Assembly: GCA_004431415.1 (NCBI GenBank)
Contig: QPMI01000013.1
Location: forward strand, 1 to 64,000
Direction of reading: 5' to 3'
Length of the DNA stretch: 64,000 bases
DNA from: Cyanophora paradoxa CCMP329
Lineage: Eukaryota > Plantae > Glaucophyta
Shown here piece after piece: positions 51,626 to 64,000 of the stretch (its first letter is position 1; the number at the start of each line of letters is the position of its first letter). The translations under genes and the position numbers were made by a program. The notes under the pieces were generated by a model that worked only from the letters and a program-made list of their open reading frames with translations, was not told the DNA's origin and ran no database searches.

Positions 51626-53283
51626 ATGATTCCGGGCCTCTCCACGCTCGTAGGCGCCGCAGCGTCGGTCGGGAGCTTCGTGCGGAGGAGAAAGCGCCTG
51701 ATCATCGGCCTCGGCGCCGTCGGCGCGGCATCGTACTATGCCTACCGGAAAGTTCGGAACGCGTACAACGAGCTCGCGGATCGTGTGGAAGAGCAGCAGC
51801 TCGAAGAAGCGAGGTGCGCACGCGCCTCCCCCGCGCTCGCTCTCTCCTCGCGCTCGAGCTCACATGCATGCGCCGCAGGCTCGAGACCTACCTGCGCAGC
51901 AACCAGCGCGCATGCGCCGTAACCGTACTTTCTCTACTTCCGGAGCTCCGGCGCAAGCTCGCGGAGCTGTTTGACGTGGAGGCGCTCACAGCGAAGCTGA
52001 AGAACCCGCCCGCACCCGCCGCGCCGCTCTCGTCCGCCGATCGGCAACAGATCTGGGAGCGGCTCAAGATCATAAGTGCGCCCCTAGCTTAGCTCGGCCC
52101 GCCTTGCCGCGCTGGCCGATTCGGGCGGCAGGCTTCGCGAGGTCGATCTCGGCGGTCTACGCGCTCTGCATAACAGACGCGCTGCTGAGGACGCAGCTGT
52201 GCATTCTCGCGCGGTATCTGTTCCTACAAGCCGCCGCATCATCGCGCGCCTCCTCGAGCGCACAGGTGCCCTCTGGGATCCGCGCGCGCCCGGCGCTGCG
52301 GCTGCGCGCGAGCGGGGCGGATAGCTGACGCCGGGGCGCGCCGCAGCCGCCGGCGGTGTCTGCGGAGACGCAGCAGCGGTTCCTGCAGCGGGCGGAGTAC
52401 GTCCAGAACGTAGGGCTCGCCCGCCTCGCCGCCCGCGTCGAGAAGGCCGTCGAGGAGGCGATGCGCGAGTGCGCGCGCCCGCCCGCCGCCTCTGCTCCTT
52501 CCTCTTCTTCGCCCCGCTCCTTGCCTCACCTCCCCCGCCCGCCCTCAGGGTGACGCTGCGCTCGACTGTGGACTTGCCCGCCATCCGCGCGATCGTCGAC
52601 CGCGTGCGCGCGGCGGTGGAGCGCGAGCCTTCGGCTCAGCCTCAGCCCTCGGCTCAGCCTCAGCCTCAGCCTTCGGCTCAGCTCCGGGCGCCCCCGCCGG
52701 GGGCCTCGCCCCTCGTGGAGTTCATGTGCGACCCGGCGGCCGACGCGGGGGCGTTCGCCTCGGGCTCGTTCCCGCGGTACCCCGGCCTCTCGGTTGAGTT
52801 CCTCGCCGCCGAGATGTTCGACCACCTCGAGAGGCGCGTACCCCCCGCCCCCCGCCCTAAACTACCTATCTAAGCTGTCTGAGCCATCTGAGCCATCTGA
52901 GCATCTTAGCTGTCTGAGCTCACTCACGCTCCCCCGTGTCTCCGCACTGCTCTGCTCTGAGCCTCCTCCCGCGCAGCCCGGAGCTGGCCGAGGTGCTGAA
53001 GGCCGCCCTGGACGCAGCCTTCGAGGCCTTCGCCGAGCTCCACGTAGCCCCCCTCTTCTCCTCCCCCCCTCCGGCTCCTTCCCCCGCCCCCTCCTCTTCT
53101 TCCTCCTCCGCCTCGCCCCCCGCCTCTTCTCCTCCTCTGCTGCCGCTCCCCCGCGTGATCCCCGGGGTGGCGAACGCGCTGGGGGGGCTGCTGCAGGGCC
53201 CCCCCGGCAACGCGACGCTGGAGGCCGTGCACCGCCTGCCCGCCCTCCGCGACTTCGCTGCCCTCGTCTACAACTCCGGGTAG
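51626..53283 (+). CDS. PEX3: Peroxin-3, spliced
   Basis: Basic patch plus TM (FVRRRKRLIIGLGAVGAASYYAY), YLRSNQRAC..LLPELRRKL..DVEALTAKLK, QIWERLKII|FARSISAVY..LLRTQLCILARYLF, LPLPRVIP, DFAALVY. Confidence 0.9.
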
Positions 53284-54098
53284 CCTGGTAGCTTGGTAGG
53301 CCACTGGGGCCAGGGCCGGGGGAAGCGTAGCATCGTATGAAGGAGTTTAGCTTTGCGTACTACGGTAGACCGTTATTCAAGTAATCTAGTAAGCTTCAGC
53401 TCTTTACGACGACATTCGCTTAAATAATATTCGGATTCGAAACCACACGACGGGGCACGACATTGCAATTGCACGCGGGACTCGGTGACTGCACAAATAC
53501 GCTGAGAGACGCATCGAGCAGTCTCAACAAGCCGCGCCGGCGAGTGGGCTCAGCGGCTCGGGCGCTACTGGGCCAGGAAGAACGCGATCGGGATACAAGT
53601 ACAAATTGGAGCTGATCCTCAGGCCTCAAGCTTAAGCTTGCAATTGAAAAGAACTCAAGCCAAAACCAACTGCAAGACCCATGCACGCATCAGGAAAGAA
53701 AAGGAACACTGTCGAGAAAGGATCGAAAGGATTATCTAACTCACTTAATAGCTTATCTTAAAAAAAACCGACTACACCAAGCTTAGTTATAACCCGACCC
53801 CTACAGAGAAATGCATAAATAAGCGGCGCGCCGGGGGCCGGCGGCCGCGCTACCCCTGCCACTACCCTACCCGAAAGCTGTACCCTGGACTACAACTGGT
53901 GGCACGCGGTTACAAGTTGGCTGCGGCGCAGCCACTGCATGGCTCGGCGGCTGGGAGCCGCGGAGCGGAGCTGATGGTTCTAGTGTTACAATCCCGCTGA
54001 GCGGGCAGACGGAAGCAGATGGTCGACGCTGATCGGATGCCGCGGACGGGACCGGAGACAACCGGCCGGCCGCGGAGGGCGATGGCTGTGTCGCTACG

Positions 54099-56030
54099 CT
54101 ACTGGATGAGGGCGGAGCGCCAGACGAGGCGGGGCGAGGCGGCGGGACGGAGGGCCGCAACGGCGTAGGCTCCCCGGGCGAGGACCGCCTCCTCGAGGGC
54201 CGCCGCCGCCGCCTCGGGCGTCGCCTCGCCCTCGGCGAGCTCCCGGCCGGCCGCGTCGGCCGCCGGCACGCACAGGAGAACGGTCACCTCGCACGCCGGC
54301 TCGTGGCCCGCCTCGCCCGCCCCCGCCCCCGCCTCGGCGGCCTCGAGGGCGCAGCGGAGGCGCTCGGTGGCGGCGATTGCGCGGAGAGCCTGCAGCGCCG
54401 CCGCGTCGGGCGAGCACGTGCGGGCGCCCTCCGCCGGCCGCACGGTGTCGCTCAGGCCCAGCGAGCGCCGCTGGACGGACTGCGCGCGAAAGTCAGCGCC
54501 GGAAGAGATTACGGGAGGTGAGGGGCGCACGGCAGTCGCGGCGTGGGCGCGGAGCGCGCCGGCGAGGTCGAGGAGGAGGGCGGGGGAGCGGCTCGAGGCG
54601 GACGGGCGCCCGTTGAGCGCACCCAGCTCCGCGGCTGCGCGCGCGCGCGGCGTCAGCAAAAGCGAAAGGAATTCGAATGGGATGCGGAAATCAAAGGGCG
54701 GCACCGGCGGCGGCGGGGAGGCGCGCGTGGAGGACGGCGAGGCGGTAGGGGCGCCCCGCGCGCCGCGGCTCGAGGCTCTCCAGGTTGACCGGCGCCCCGC
54801 TCTGCAGGAGCAGTAAGCCGCGCGGTCCAACGAAGCGCTGAAAGGCTCAAGGCCGCCGCGCACGAGGGGCTGGTGGAGGATGTCCTGCCCCGCCTCCACG
54901 CGCCGCTGGTAGAGCGCGATGCCCGTCAGCAGGTGCGCCAGCACCTCGCCCTCGCCTCCGGGCTGCGGGTACCTGCAAAGAGCGCCCCCGGCGGTCAGCG
55001 CGCGCGGGTCCGAAGGCGCGGCGGGTGCGTGGGCGCGGCGCACGCGATGCGCGTCTCGTCGTCTGCCGGAACGTCGTCCTCGTCCTCCTCGGCGGGAGAG
55101 AAATCGATGGGCGCGACGGGATCCGCGGCGCCGGCGCCGGCGCTGGGCCCGTCGGCGGCGAGCTCGGGCGTGAGAGCGCGCCGGTTGGCGTTGTTGTTGT
55201 TCTTCCACCAGCCGCTCGAGGTCCGCATGCGCACGCCGCCGGGCCGCTCAAACTTGGCCTGAGGGCTACCGCTCTTGCCCGCCTTGCGCGAGCCGGGGCC
55301 CTCAACCGGCTTGGCGGCCCGCTCGGGCTCGTCCTGGTCCTCCTCCTCGGGCCACAGAGGAACGGCCTCCTCGCTCTCCGCGGCGACTGCCTCTGACTCG
55401 TGGTATCCTTCGTGGTGCTTGTTATTGTACTCGGGGTTTAGAAGAGATTGCTGCGTCCGCTGCGGCGACATCATCCGCTCGCTGCCGGGTCGCGGATCGA
55501 CACGAGTCAGATCGAGACAGCGGTCGGGCAGCGCTCGACCGGCCGCGCGCACTAGTAAGCTGCCATGCCGGCGAGCAATCTTGTCATTTTCTGCCTGTAG
55601 GGAGCGACGGGATACTGCGCCGCGCCGGAAAGATCGGTCAGCCGGAGTGCGCGCCAGTTGCGGCGCGGGCGATCCGCATGCGGCGCACGGGAATGAGCTC
55701 TTCCGAGACTGCGGGGATGCACGGCTGGTCATCCTCATCCATCGAGGCACGCGGCGAGAAGCGGGGCGACGCGGGCCGCGGTGACGACAGCGTGTGCGGG
55801 CTGGCCGGGCTGGTCCGGGCGTTCCGCCCTGCGGCCGGCTGCGCCATCCTCGGATTTGGTTTGCAAATGATCCCATAGTGCTCTGGGCGGCTTAGGCCGC
55901 GCGCGCCCGGCAGCAGGGCGCCGGGCGCAAATGCTGTCTCGCTTGGCGAGGCGGGGCTGCTGATCCGCATCGTCGGGACCGGCGCTGTTCTCACGAATGT
56001 TGGGAGTGTGTGGGGCGCGGTTTCGTTCAT
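54099..56030 (-). CDS. Hypothetical protein, spliced, with S/P-rich N-terminus
   Basis: ATG 56030 and successive exon-like ORFs (55638, 54995, 54099) with splice sites; no family recognised. Confidence 0.5.
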
Positions 56031-56218
56031 TGCGCTTAAGTGCTGTGGCCCGGCGCGGTAAGTGGAGGGGGGGATGGAGTCCGGCGGCTTATAAAGCCTT
56101 CGGTCCCGGCGTCACGTACCCCCGCGCGGCGACTGTTCCTCCCGCTAGCGCTTCCGGGATCCTCACCGCGCGCGGCACTGCGGCGGCAGCCGCGCCCGCA
56201 AGCGACGCGCCACTACGG

Positions 56219-56285
56219 CAGTTACTTCCGGCTGTTACTAACTGCCGGCAGTTGTGGCGGTTACGCCAGTTGCGCGCAGCGGTTA
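56219..56285. promoter_or_regulatory. Cluster of MYB-type CNGTTR sites upstream of the 56030 gene
   Basis: cagtta, ctgtta, taactg, cagttg, cggtta, cagttg, cggtta within ~70 bp. Confidence 0.4.
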
Positions 56286-56714
56286 CGTACGCTATCTAGC
56301 TATACGCGCGTGCGAGACGTTGACGGCCTTGAACATCTCGAGCTCGCGCGTTGACTCGGTGAAGCTCCATTGCAAGGCTTTTGATGGAACGCGCGCATAC
56401 TCGCTGCTCTGCATCCGACGATCCGCCCCGAGCTCTAGATCTCCTCCCATGGCCAATTGCAACGAACGAGCGCGCGCGCCCTTGCAATTATTGGAATTGG
56501 GCACTAGCCGCGATTTTTTCCGAGGCGGCGACCCGCGCGCGCGCCCGCCGACTCCCCAGTCCCGCACTCCCCAAAGCGCATCGAGGCGCGGAGCGCGAAG
56601 GCAGCCGCGTCCGCCCGGGGGCGCAGCGGTTCAACTGGAAGAAGGGAAGGGGGCGGAGTATCTACAGGGAAGGGGCAGGGGGAGGCGAGAGCGCGGGCGG
56701 GCGGGCGGGCGGGC

Positions 56715-59270
56715 TCAGTCGATGGGGATCTTGCAGACGGGGCAGTGCTTGTTGATCTGGAGCCACTTGTCCACGCACTGCACACACGGCCGGCGGGGAT
56801 CGGAAGAGAGACGGTCAGCAGCGCGCGACAACCAAACAAACAAACAAACAGCGGAGGGCCGCTCCGGCGCGCGCACGTCGCGGTGGAAGGCATGGGCGCA
56901 GTGGAGGCGCCGGATGAGCTCGCCCGGCTCCGCGTCGCACATGCAGATGCAGCAGGCGACCGGCTCGTCCCCCGGGCGCAGCGTGGACTCCGGCAGGCGC
57001 TCGATGGCGCGCTTGTCGGCGCCCTTCTTCGAGTTGTTGGCCTCGTCCAGCCGTAGCAGCATCTCGTAGTCGTCCGCCGTGAAGTCACTATAGAGGAAGC
57101 AATAGTCAAGAGAAGGAAGGAAAGGAAGGATTAAGAACGCAGCTCGCTAGAAATCATGTCGGTTGTGAGGAGGCGAAAGGGGGCGCGCACCGGTCCACGA
57201 GGGAGAGGGAGAGGAGGTGGGCGTTGGGGCCCGAGCCGCCCCCGGCGCGGCCGCCGAGGAAGGGCAGGCCAAGGCCGCCCATCATGGCCGCCCGCAGCAT
57301 CTCCGCCCGCATCATGTCACCGTAGCCTGCGAACATCCGTCAGCCGCGCCCGCGGCCCCGCCGCTGGTGGGAGCTCCGCAGAGCGCACGGTGTCGTGCGC
57401 GGCCGGCCCCTGATGACCCGCCGGCGCCCCCGCCGCCGGCGGCGGCGGCAGCGGCGGCGGCGGCGAGGGCGGAGCGGCGGGCCTGGATGCGGCGCTCGAT
57501 CTCCTCCACTTCGAAGGGGTTGCGGCCCATATCCAGCGCGTCGCTCAGCGCCCCCTGCGTCCCCGCCACCGTCGCTCCCGTCCGGCCGGCGGACCAGTCT
57601 CGGGCGGGGCGGGCGGACCGCGCGCGAGTCGGTGTCGATGCCGTCGTCGTCGAAGAAGTCGTCCATGTCCGGCGCGTGCCGCGGCCGCCCGAACCCCATC
57701 CCGGGCCACCCTGCGCCCCGCCCTCGGCGCTCAGCGCCCAGCTCCGCGCGGCGTCGAGGCGGGCGGGCGGGCGGCGGGCGGACCGTGGCCCATGAGGGCG
57801 TGGGCGTGGGCGCGGGCGCGGGCGGCCGCGCGCTCCTCCTCCTCCTGGAGGTGCCGGGCCAGCTCCTCGTCGGTCATGGGGCGCCCGGACCCCGCCGGGC
57901 CGCCGGCGGCCCCGAAACCGGCCATCTCCTCCTCCATCAGCCGGCGAGCCAGCGCCTCGTCGTCCTCCGTCCCGGGGCCCCCGGCCGGCGCCGCCGGCGG
58001 CGACTGCTGAGGAGACGGGGTGCGCCGGGAGCGCGAGGGGCGGCCGTCCCGCGACGAGCGGCTCGAGAAGGAGCTCGGGAGCAGGCGGGAGGCCGCCGCC
58101 GGGGCCCGGGAGGAGGAGGAGGAGGAGGACGAAGAGCCGGAGGGACCCGCAGCGTCCGGCGCCGGCTCTGGACTCCTCCGGGCGCGGTCGAGGCTGACGG
58201 GCGGCGACACGGCGCGCCGCGGCGGAGAAGGCCCGCGGAGCGGCGGCGACGGCGCGCGGCGCCGCGACGAGGCGCCGGCGCCCCACCAGTCCGGGAGCGT
58301 AGGGCCGGGGGGCCGGGAGGAGGCCGGCGGGCTGGCGCGCGGGGCGCGGGGCCGAGGCGGCAGCGCGCTGCCCGTCACGACGACCTCCTCGTCGCTGTCG
58401 TCGATTCCCTCCAGATCGATGGCCTCCGGGTAGTGCCACGCCGGCGGCTCCGGGGCCGGCGGCGGGCGCCGCGCCTGTTCCGGCGCCGCGCCGCGCTGCG
58501 GGAAGTCCGGGCGCCGAGTGTGGCTCTGGGATGCGTGAGGAGGCGCGCAAAGAGAGCGAGAAGAAGAAGAACGGGGGACGGACGAAAGAGAACGAGACCC
58601 GGCGCGCGCTGCCGGTGGAAGAGGGTTCGTTCCTTTCTGCAGAGGTTGCTGGGAGCGGGTCGTGGACAGTGACGTCGTTGAGGCGGCGGTGGAGGGAGCC
58701 GGACGAGGCCGCCGGGAGGGCACTCTCCTCGTCGCTGTCGAAGGTCCCCGGGCTCGGCCGTCTCATTCCCGAAGACGGGGCGAGCGGCGGGGACACGATC
58801 TGGACGGAGGCCGCGGAGCTGGAGCTCGCGCGGTGGCGGACGTCAACCGCGTCGGGTGTGTCGTCCACAACGATCGGCGGTTGCGCGTGCGGGGGTGAAG
58901 AGGACTGCGAGAAGCGCGGCTGCATTGCTGACGAGCTGCTGGCTTCGCCGTAGAGGACGCCCGGGTCGTGGGCGGAGGTCGTCAGACCTCGTGGGGAGGG
59001 GATGGAGTCCAGGTCGATCTCGGGAGGTTGGGAGAGGTCGATCGGCCTCATGGCGCCCTCGTCGTTGCGCGGATGCTTCGGCGGCGTGGGTGGCCCCGAG
59101 CTCTCCTCCGAGGCGCGCTTGCGGGACGGGGAAGTGGAGCCGGTCCGTGCACTCGTGCTGCTGGGGTGCAGACCACCCGCGCGCTCTGCAGAACGTTGAG
59201 GCGGTGGTTCCTCTATCTCTGATCCGTTGTACGTCCTGCCGCGTTCATCTGGGCGAGCGTGAGAGCGCAT
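56715..59270 (-). CDS. RING-H2 E3 ubiquitin ligase with UIM-like motifs, spliced
   Basis: DDEALARRLMEEE and DEELARHLQEEE; DFTADDYEMLLRLDE; CCICM..RRLHCAHAFHRD|CVDKWLQINKHCPVCK. Confidence 0.88.
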
Positions 59271-59615
59271 CGTTCAAGGGAGTTGGGGCACGGACCCGAG
59301 GAGAGAGTCATGGCGTCTTGAAGCGCGGGGCTGGCGTCCGAGACACTTCCAACAGCGCCCGTCAGCGCCCGCGTTCGCGCACTCGGACCCTCGCGTGCTT
59401 GCTGTGTAGGACGCTTCAGAGAGGCGTTTCCGGCGCCCTGTGCGCGAAGAACGCGAGGAGTACCTTATCCGGGCGAATGACTTGAGCCTTGAAGCTGGCC
59501 GGCCGGGTACGAGTGTTATTCGATGTCAGGTGCCCTGCTCCTCCGGCCGGCTCCCTGGGCGCCGACGGGCTTCACATCAACGTCCCTGCGCCTACTATTG
59601 CCCACTTTTCTCCTG

Positions 59616-60224
59616 ATGCCTCGGGGGGTGAAAAAGGAGAACCTGGTGCGCCTCCGCCGCTCTTGCCGCGCCAGCAGTCCGTGCAACGCTCGCGTTTAGA
59701 CATTTGCATTCGATTGGGAGCCAGTTGCTGATACCCGGCCGGCCGCCGGGCGCCGTGGGAGCCAACACGCGCTTGCACGTGCTGATCGTGCGCCCGCCCG
59801 CAGCCCGAAAAGATCTGCCTTGTGTGCCGGAGACCTATGACGTGGCGCAAGAAGGTGCGCCGTAACCAGAACACGCTGGCCGCGGGCCAGCGCCAGCCAG
59901 CATATGCGCATGCGCATGCGCCACATGCATATGCATTGAGACGCGCGCGCGCACGCCTGTGTGCTGACTCGTTCCCGCAGTGGGAGAAGAACTGGGACGA
60001 GGTCAAGTACTGCAGTGGTGCGCTTAGGCCTCGCGTATGCGCATACTTGAGCTTGAGCTTGAGCTTAGTCTGTCTAGATGTGGCCAGCCTTGGCCTGGCA
60101 GGCTGCACTGCGGCTGCCGTGCGCTGACCTGGAAGCAGACAAGTGCAGATCGATGAAGGACAAGGCCGATCCGGACGCGCCGCCCGTCCCCGTCGAGCGC
60201 CCGAAGAGCCGCAAGGCCCACTGA
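59616..60224 (+). CDS. DUF2256-family small protein (4 exons)
   Basis: Spliced MPRGVKKENL|PEKICLVCRRPMTWRKK|WEKNWDEVKYCS|DKCRSMK...*. Confidence 0.85.
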
Positions 60225-60912
60225 GGCCCAGGCAGCTCGAGCAATAGCGCTGGCGGCCACGCAAGAGGCCATGGACCGGCGCTATATATCGGCCGCCACA
60301 CCCCCTAGCACTGGCCTCTGCTCGGAACCAACCGCACGCGGTCTGCTCGGTGAGTCATCGCGCGCTCTTACGTCGCTCTTAAGCTTGCGCGCTCATTCCC
60401 TCTGCGCGGAATCACGCCGGCTAGCGCTTATATCACTGCGCAGCTTGCGGGGCGGGCTGCCCATCGGCTCGAGCTCACGGACTCGTACTCGGAGCTCGAG
60501 GTCACAACGTCGACTGGGCCGCGCCTCGACTAGGCCTAGGTCGCCGGGCCGGAGTCGACTTCGCGCTTCGGCTCGGCGACTTGGCTGCTCTCTTCCTTCC
60601 CGGGCCCGCTGCGAGGCCGAATCTGTAGCCAGATTGTCATGATCAGCTCAAGGTTCTAGATGTCGCCTCGGCCCGGAGTAGACGCCGCCCTCCCGAGTCC
60701 GCTGTGTACCCACGATGTACCGGAATCACCGGATCTGACCTTGGATCGGATTTATAATCAAAGGAGACTTTCCGGGGCGCTGCAGCCTAGGCCTGCGTCG
60801 GACTGCAGTGGGGTGGGCGGGGGTCGAGACTCAGAGGGCCGGGAGGACGGCGGTCGCGGAAGGGACGGGGGAGGGCGAAGTCGGCGGGGCGGGGCGGGCA
60901 GGCTGTCTAGAT

Positions 60913-63020
60913 CTAGTGGTGCAGGACGACGCGGTAGCGGGCCTTATTCTCAGCCACCCGCTGGATCCCCTCGTTGATCTGAGGCGGGGCCGGAGTCAGA
61001 CCAAATCAGATCAGATTCAGATCAGATCTGGGCGGGCCTGGGAGAAGGGGAAGAGCTCGACGCGGGGCCGGATGCCGTTCACGGCCGCGAAGGAGAGCAT
61101 CTCCTGCATGGCGCGGCGCCCCGCGATCACCGACCCGTGGATGCTCATGTTCTGCTCAGATCAGATCAGATCAGGTCGGATCGGATCGGATCGGATCTGA
61201 TTGATCTGATCTGACCTTCATGATCAGGTCGTTCATGATCTCCACCTCGATCTTGCCAGGGGCCGCGCCCACGAAGACCTTACGGGGGTCTTAGGTCTTT
61301 GGAGGGCGAGAGATCTAATTATGTATAAAGGGCCGGGGGCTGCTTTGGCACCAGCTTGCCGCGGGGGGCGAGGAGGGAGACGTAGGGCTTCCAGGGCAGG
61401 TCCGCGGAGACCGTGACGAGGACGACGTCGAACCTCTCCTTGTGCGCCTTGAGCTGCGCCTCGTCCTTCGAGTTGAGGAAGCCCTTGGCGCCCATCTCGC
61501 GGCACTGCGCCTCCTTGTCCGCCGACGTCGAGATCGCCCACGTCTCGCACCCGCGCGCCGCCGCGAACAGAAGCGCCATGTCTGACGGTTGGATCAAATT
61601 AGAAGATTTGATCCTCACTAATCAAGTGAGGGGGCGCACGGCCGAGGCCGCCGACGCCGACGACGGCGACGCGCATGTGCGGGGCGCAGTGCTCCGTGAT
61701 CGGAGTGTACACTGCCCCCGATCAGCTAAGGGGGGGGGGGGGGGGGGGGGGGGGAGGCGGGGGCGGGGAGGGTAGGGAAGGCGCACCCGTGGCGCCGCCC
61801 TGGAGGGTACAGCGATCGCGACGAGCAGAGGCCGACCTTAGCGAGAGGGGGGGGGCGGGGGGAGGTGGAGGTGGGGGGGGGGTACGCGGGGCGGGCGCGG
61901 CGCACGCAGAGGAGCGGGGCGGCGTGCTCCGGGGCGAGGCCGGCGGGGATCGGGAAGGCGAAGAAGCTGTTCACCCGGATGTAGTCTGCGTGGCGGCGAA
62001 CGCTCTCCCAGTCAGGCGGGGGGATCCAGAGGGGGCGAAGGGGGGGGGGGGGGGGGTACCGGCGTAGCCTCCCTTCTCGCCGCCGGCGCAGACGGCGGTG
62101 TTCTCGCTGCAGAGCTGCTGGTCGCCCTGGGAGCACCAGCGGCAGCCCAGGCACGAGCTCCGCTGCCAGCCGATCCCCACCTGCGCCTCCAAGTCAATCT
62201 TCGAGAGATCGCAGATCTCTAGGCACAGCGGGCGGGCGGGCGCGCCGTCTGGCCGAGGGAGAGGTGGGAGACTGCGGAGCCGAGGGCGGAGACCTCGCCC
62301 ACGATCTCGTGGCCCGACACCTGCGGGAAGGCCGCACTGCGCGCCAGTGAGGACGAAGCCGCGGCCGGCGCGTTTGATGTGAGCTTGGGCGCGAGCGCGA
62401 GCTCGGGCGGACGCACGCGGGGCCCCACTCGCCGTTGATCAGGTGGATGTCGCTGTGGCAGATGCCTGCGCGCGCGCGCGCGCGCGTCAGCTGCGAGGCC
62501 CCACGGCGCGCACGTGCACGTGCAAGTACTAGTACTTGAGCTTACCGCAGTACTTGATCTTGACCTCGACGTCCAGAGGGCCCAGCTCGTTTGCTTCGTA
62601 CGTGTACTGCGGCGCGCAAGGTCGGTACGGTTCGCGCGCGCGGCCGCGACCGGACCGGACGGCGGCGGCAAATATTCATATGCGAGCGCCTAGCGCATGA
62701 CCAACGAAAGGAATGCCACGGCTAGATGAAAGGATTATCGGCGATAGGATCCGCGACAGGGAGCTGCCGCCGCTAGCGCTGATGATCGGGCATGACGTTC
62801 ATGTGCGGCGGTTCGCGTGCACACTCGCGCCGCGCACGCGCGAGCGGGGAGTAGCCGCCGAGCCAGCGCATTTGCTTCGTTTCAAGCATCTAGCACTCTG
62901 GTCGTGCTAACCAGGGTGCATGCGGCGGCGCGGCGGTTAGCGGCGCACCGGCTTCACGACGAGGCCGGCCTCGTAGGCCGCGTAGGCGTTGATGGTTCGC
63001 GGCTTCGCGTCGATGGTCAT
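60913..63020 (-). CDS. Zn-dependent NADP(H) alcohol dehydrogenase/aldehyde reductase (CAD/YjgB-Ahr type), spliced
   Basis: INAYAAYEAG, DVEVKIKYC|GICHSD, GHEIVG, VGIGWQRSSCLGCRWC..QLC, GGYADY, AAPLLC|GGAT, GVGGLG|HMA, KARYRVVL. Confidence 0.92.
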
Positions 63021-64000
63021 CTTGCTGCCGGTGCACTTGGATCGCCTTGCTTGTGCAGGAAACTCCGGAGCGACTCTACCCCTTTCCCACACCTTCCCCC
63101 CACTGACAACCCAGTGACAACCCTTCGAAAACCGAGCGCGGCTAGCCTGCGCACCGTCACCGAGGGCATCTGCAAGATTCCAGCCTCTGTAATCTGCCAA
63201 CGCCGTGTCGCCGGAGCGCTGCGCCGCTTCCAAAGTGTCGCGGCACGCGCCGGCCAGCTGCGGCTGCCAGAGGAGGAACTCGCGGGGGTTACTTCCAGTC
63301 ACAGCAATGCGCTAGCTGCGCGTGTACACAGCCGCGCCCGGCACCGCTTACCGCTGCAATCGGTTTGTTCCCACAGTTCGACCCTTCCTGCAGTTTCCGC
63401 GAGCGGCTGACGCTTATGGAGAGATCAGCTCGAATCTGACCGCCGGAGACGGCGAGCTGCAGCCTGCAGCCCGCGGGCGGCTAGCGCAGCGTGCCGCGCC
63501 GCGGCTGCTGCGCGGCCTCGAGTTGGCGGCAGCTGGGCGGCCGCGCCTTGCCCCCTAGAGCAGCGAGATGAGGCTCCAGGGCGTCAGAGACTCGTCGGTG
63601 CGGAGCGGAACAGTCTATGACGAAAGCTCGGTCAGGCTCGGCGGGGTCTACAGGACGGCCGGCGGCTCGGGGCGCCCCGAGTCCCTCCTCCTGAACCCCT
63701 CCTCCAGTGCCTTCTTTCTTCGTTCAAATTCAAATTTTGAATCCGTTGAGCTCACGCCCGGCGCCCGGCAGTCAAGATCGCCTCGGTCGGGATGGCCTCG
63801 CTCAACGGGTCGCACCGCGGGTCGCGGACGCCGCCCCGCAACAAGCAGGCCCGCGCGATCCCCGACAGCGAGAAGGCCCGCGGCGAGCTCTGGTACAGGC
63901 GAGCACACCGTCCCCCCCCCCCTCCCCCCCCGCCCCCCCCCCGCCCCCGCCCCGCCCCGCGCTGAACGTTGACGGGCAGGCACCGGCGGCTGGACCCGGC

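Noticed and set aside
63415-64000. Possible start of another plus-strand gene
   Set aside because: Some exon-like composition but no recognisable motif, and truncated by the window end.

Overview
Very GC-rich, gene-dense eukaryotic (algal/protist) nuclear DNA with many short introns, so the six-frame ORFs are mostly exon fragments or GC-rich artefacts. An M-L-A-F plastid-type transit peptide and a TmcB/C-type gene are consistent with a glaucophyte such as Cyanophora, but this is inference. Spliced genes recognisable by motif: STK16/NAK kinase, snurportin-1, TmcB/TmcC-like membrane protein, P5-type ATPase, bacterial-type RtcB RNA ligase, LRR-ARM protein, NDR/STK38 kinase, PEX3, UIM/RING-H2 E3 ligase, DUF2256 protein and a Zn/NADP alcohol dehydrogenase, plus several unknowns. 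The main non-genic structure is a ~6-kb element with no recognisable transposase (8774-14788). It has ~2.3-kb inverted arms, each carrying a ~160-bp tandem array, around a 1.5-kb AT-richer core, and is flanked by a TAG duplication. Other notable points: frequent AG|GC-AG introns, a probable CUG start for STK16, a probably plastid-targeted RtcB with an intron that looks duplication-born, an in-frame TAG in the Tmc-like gene, and a P5 ATPase with altered catalytic motifs. Exon boundaries were deduced by eye and are approximate.
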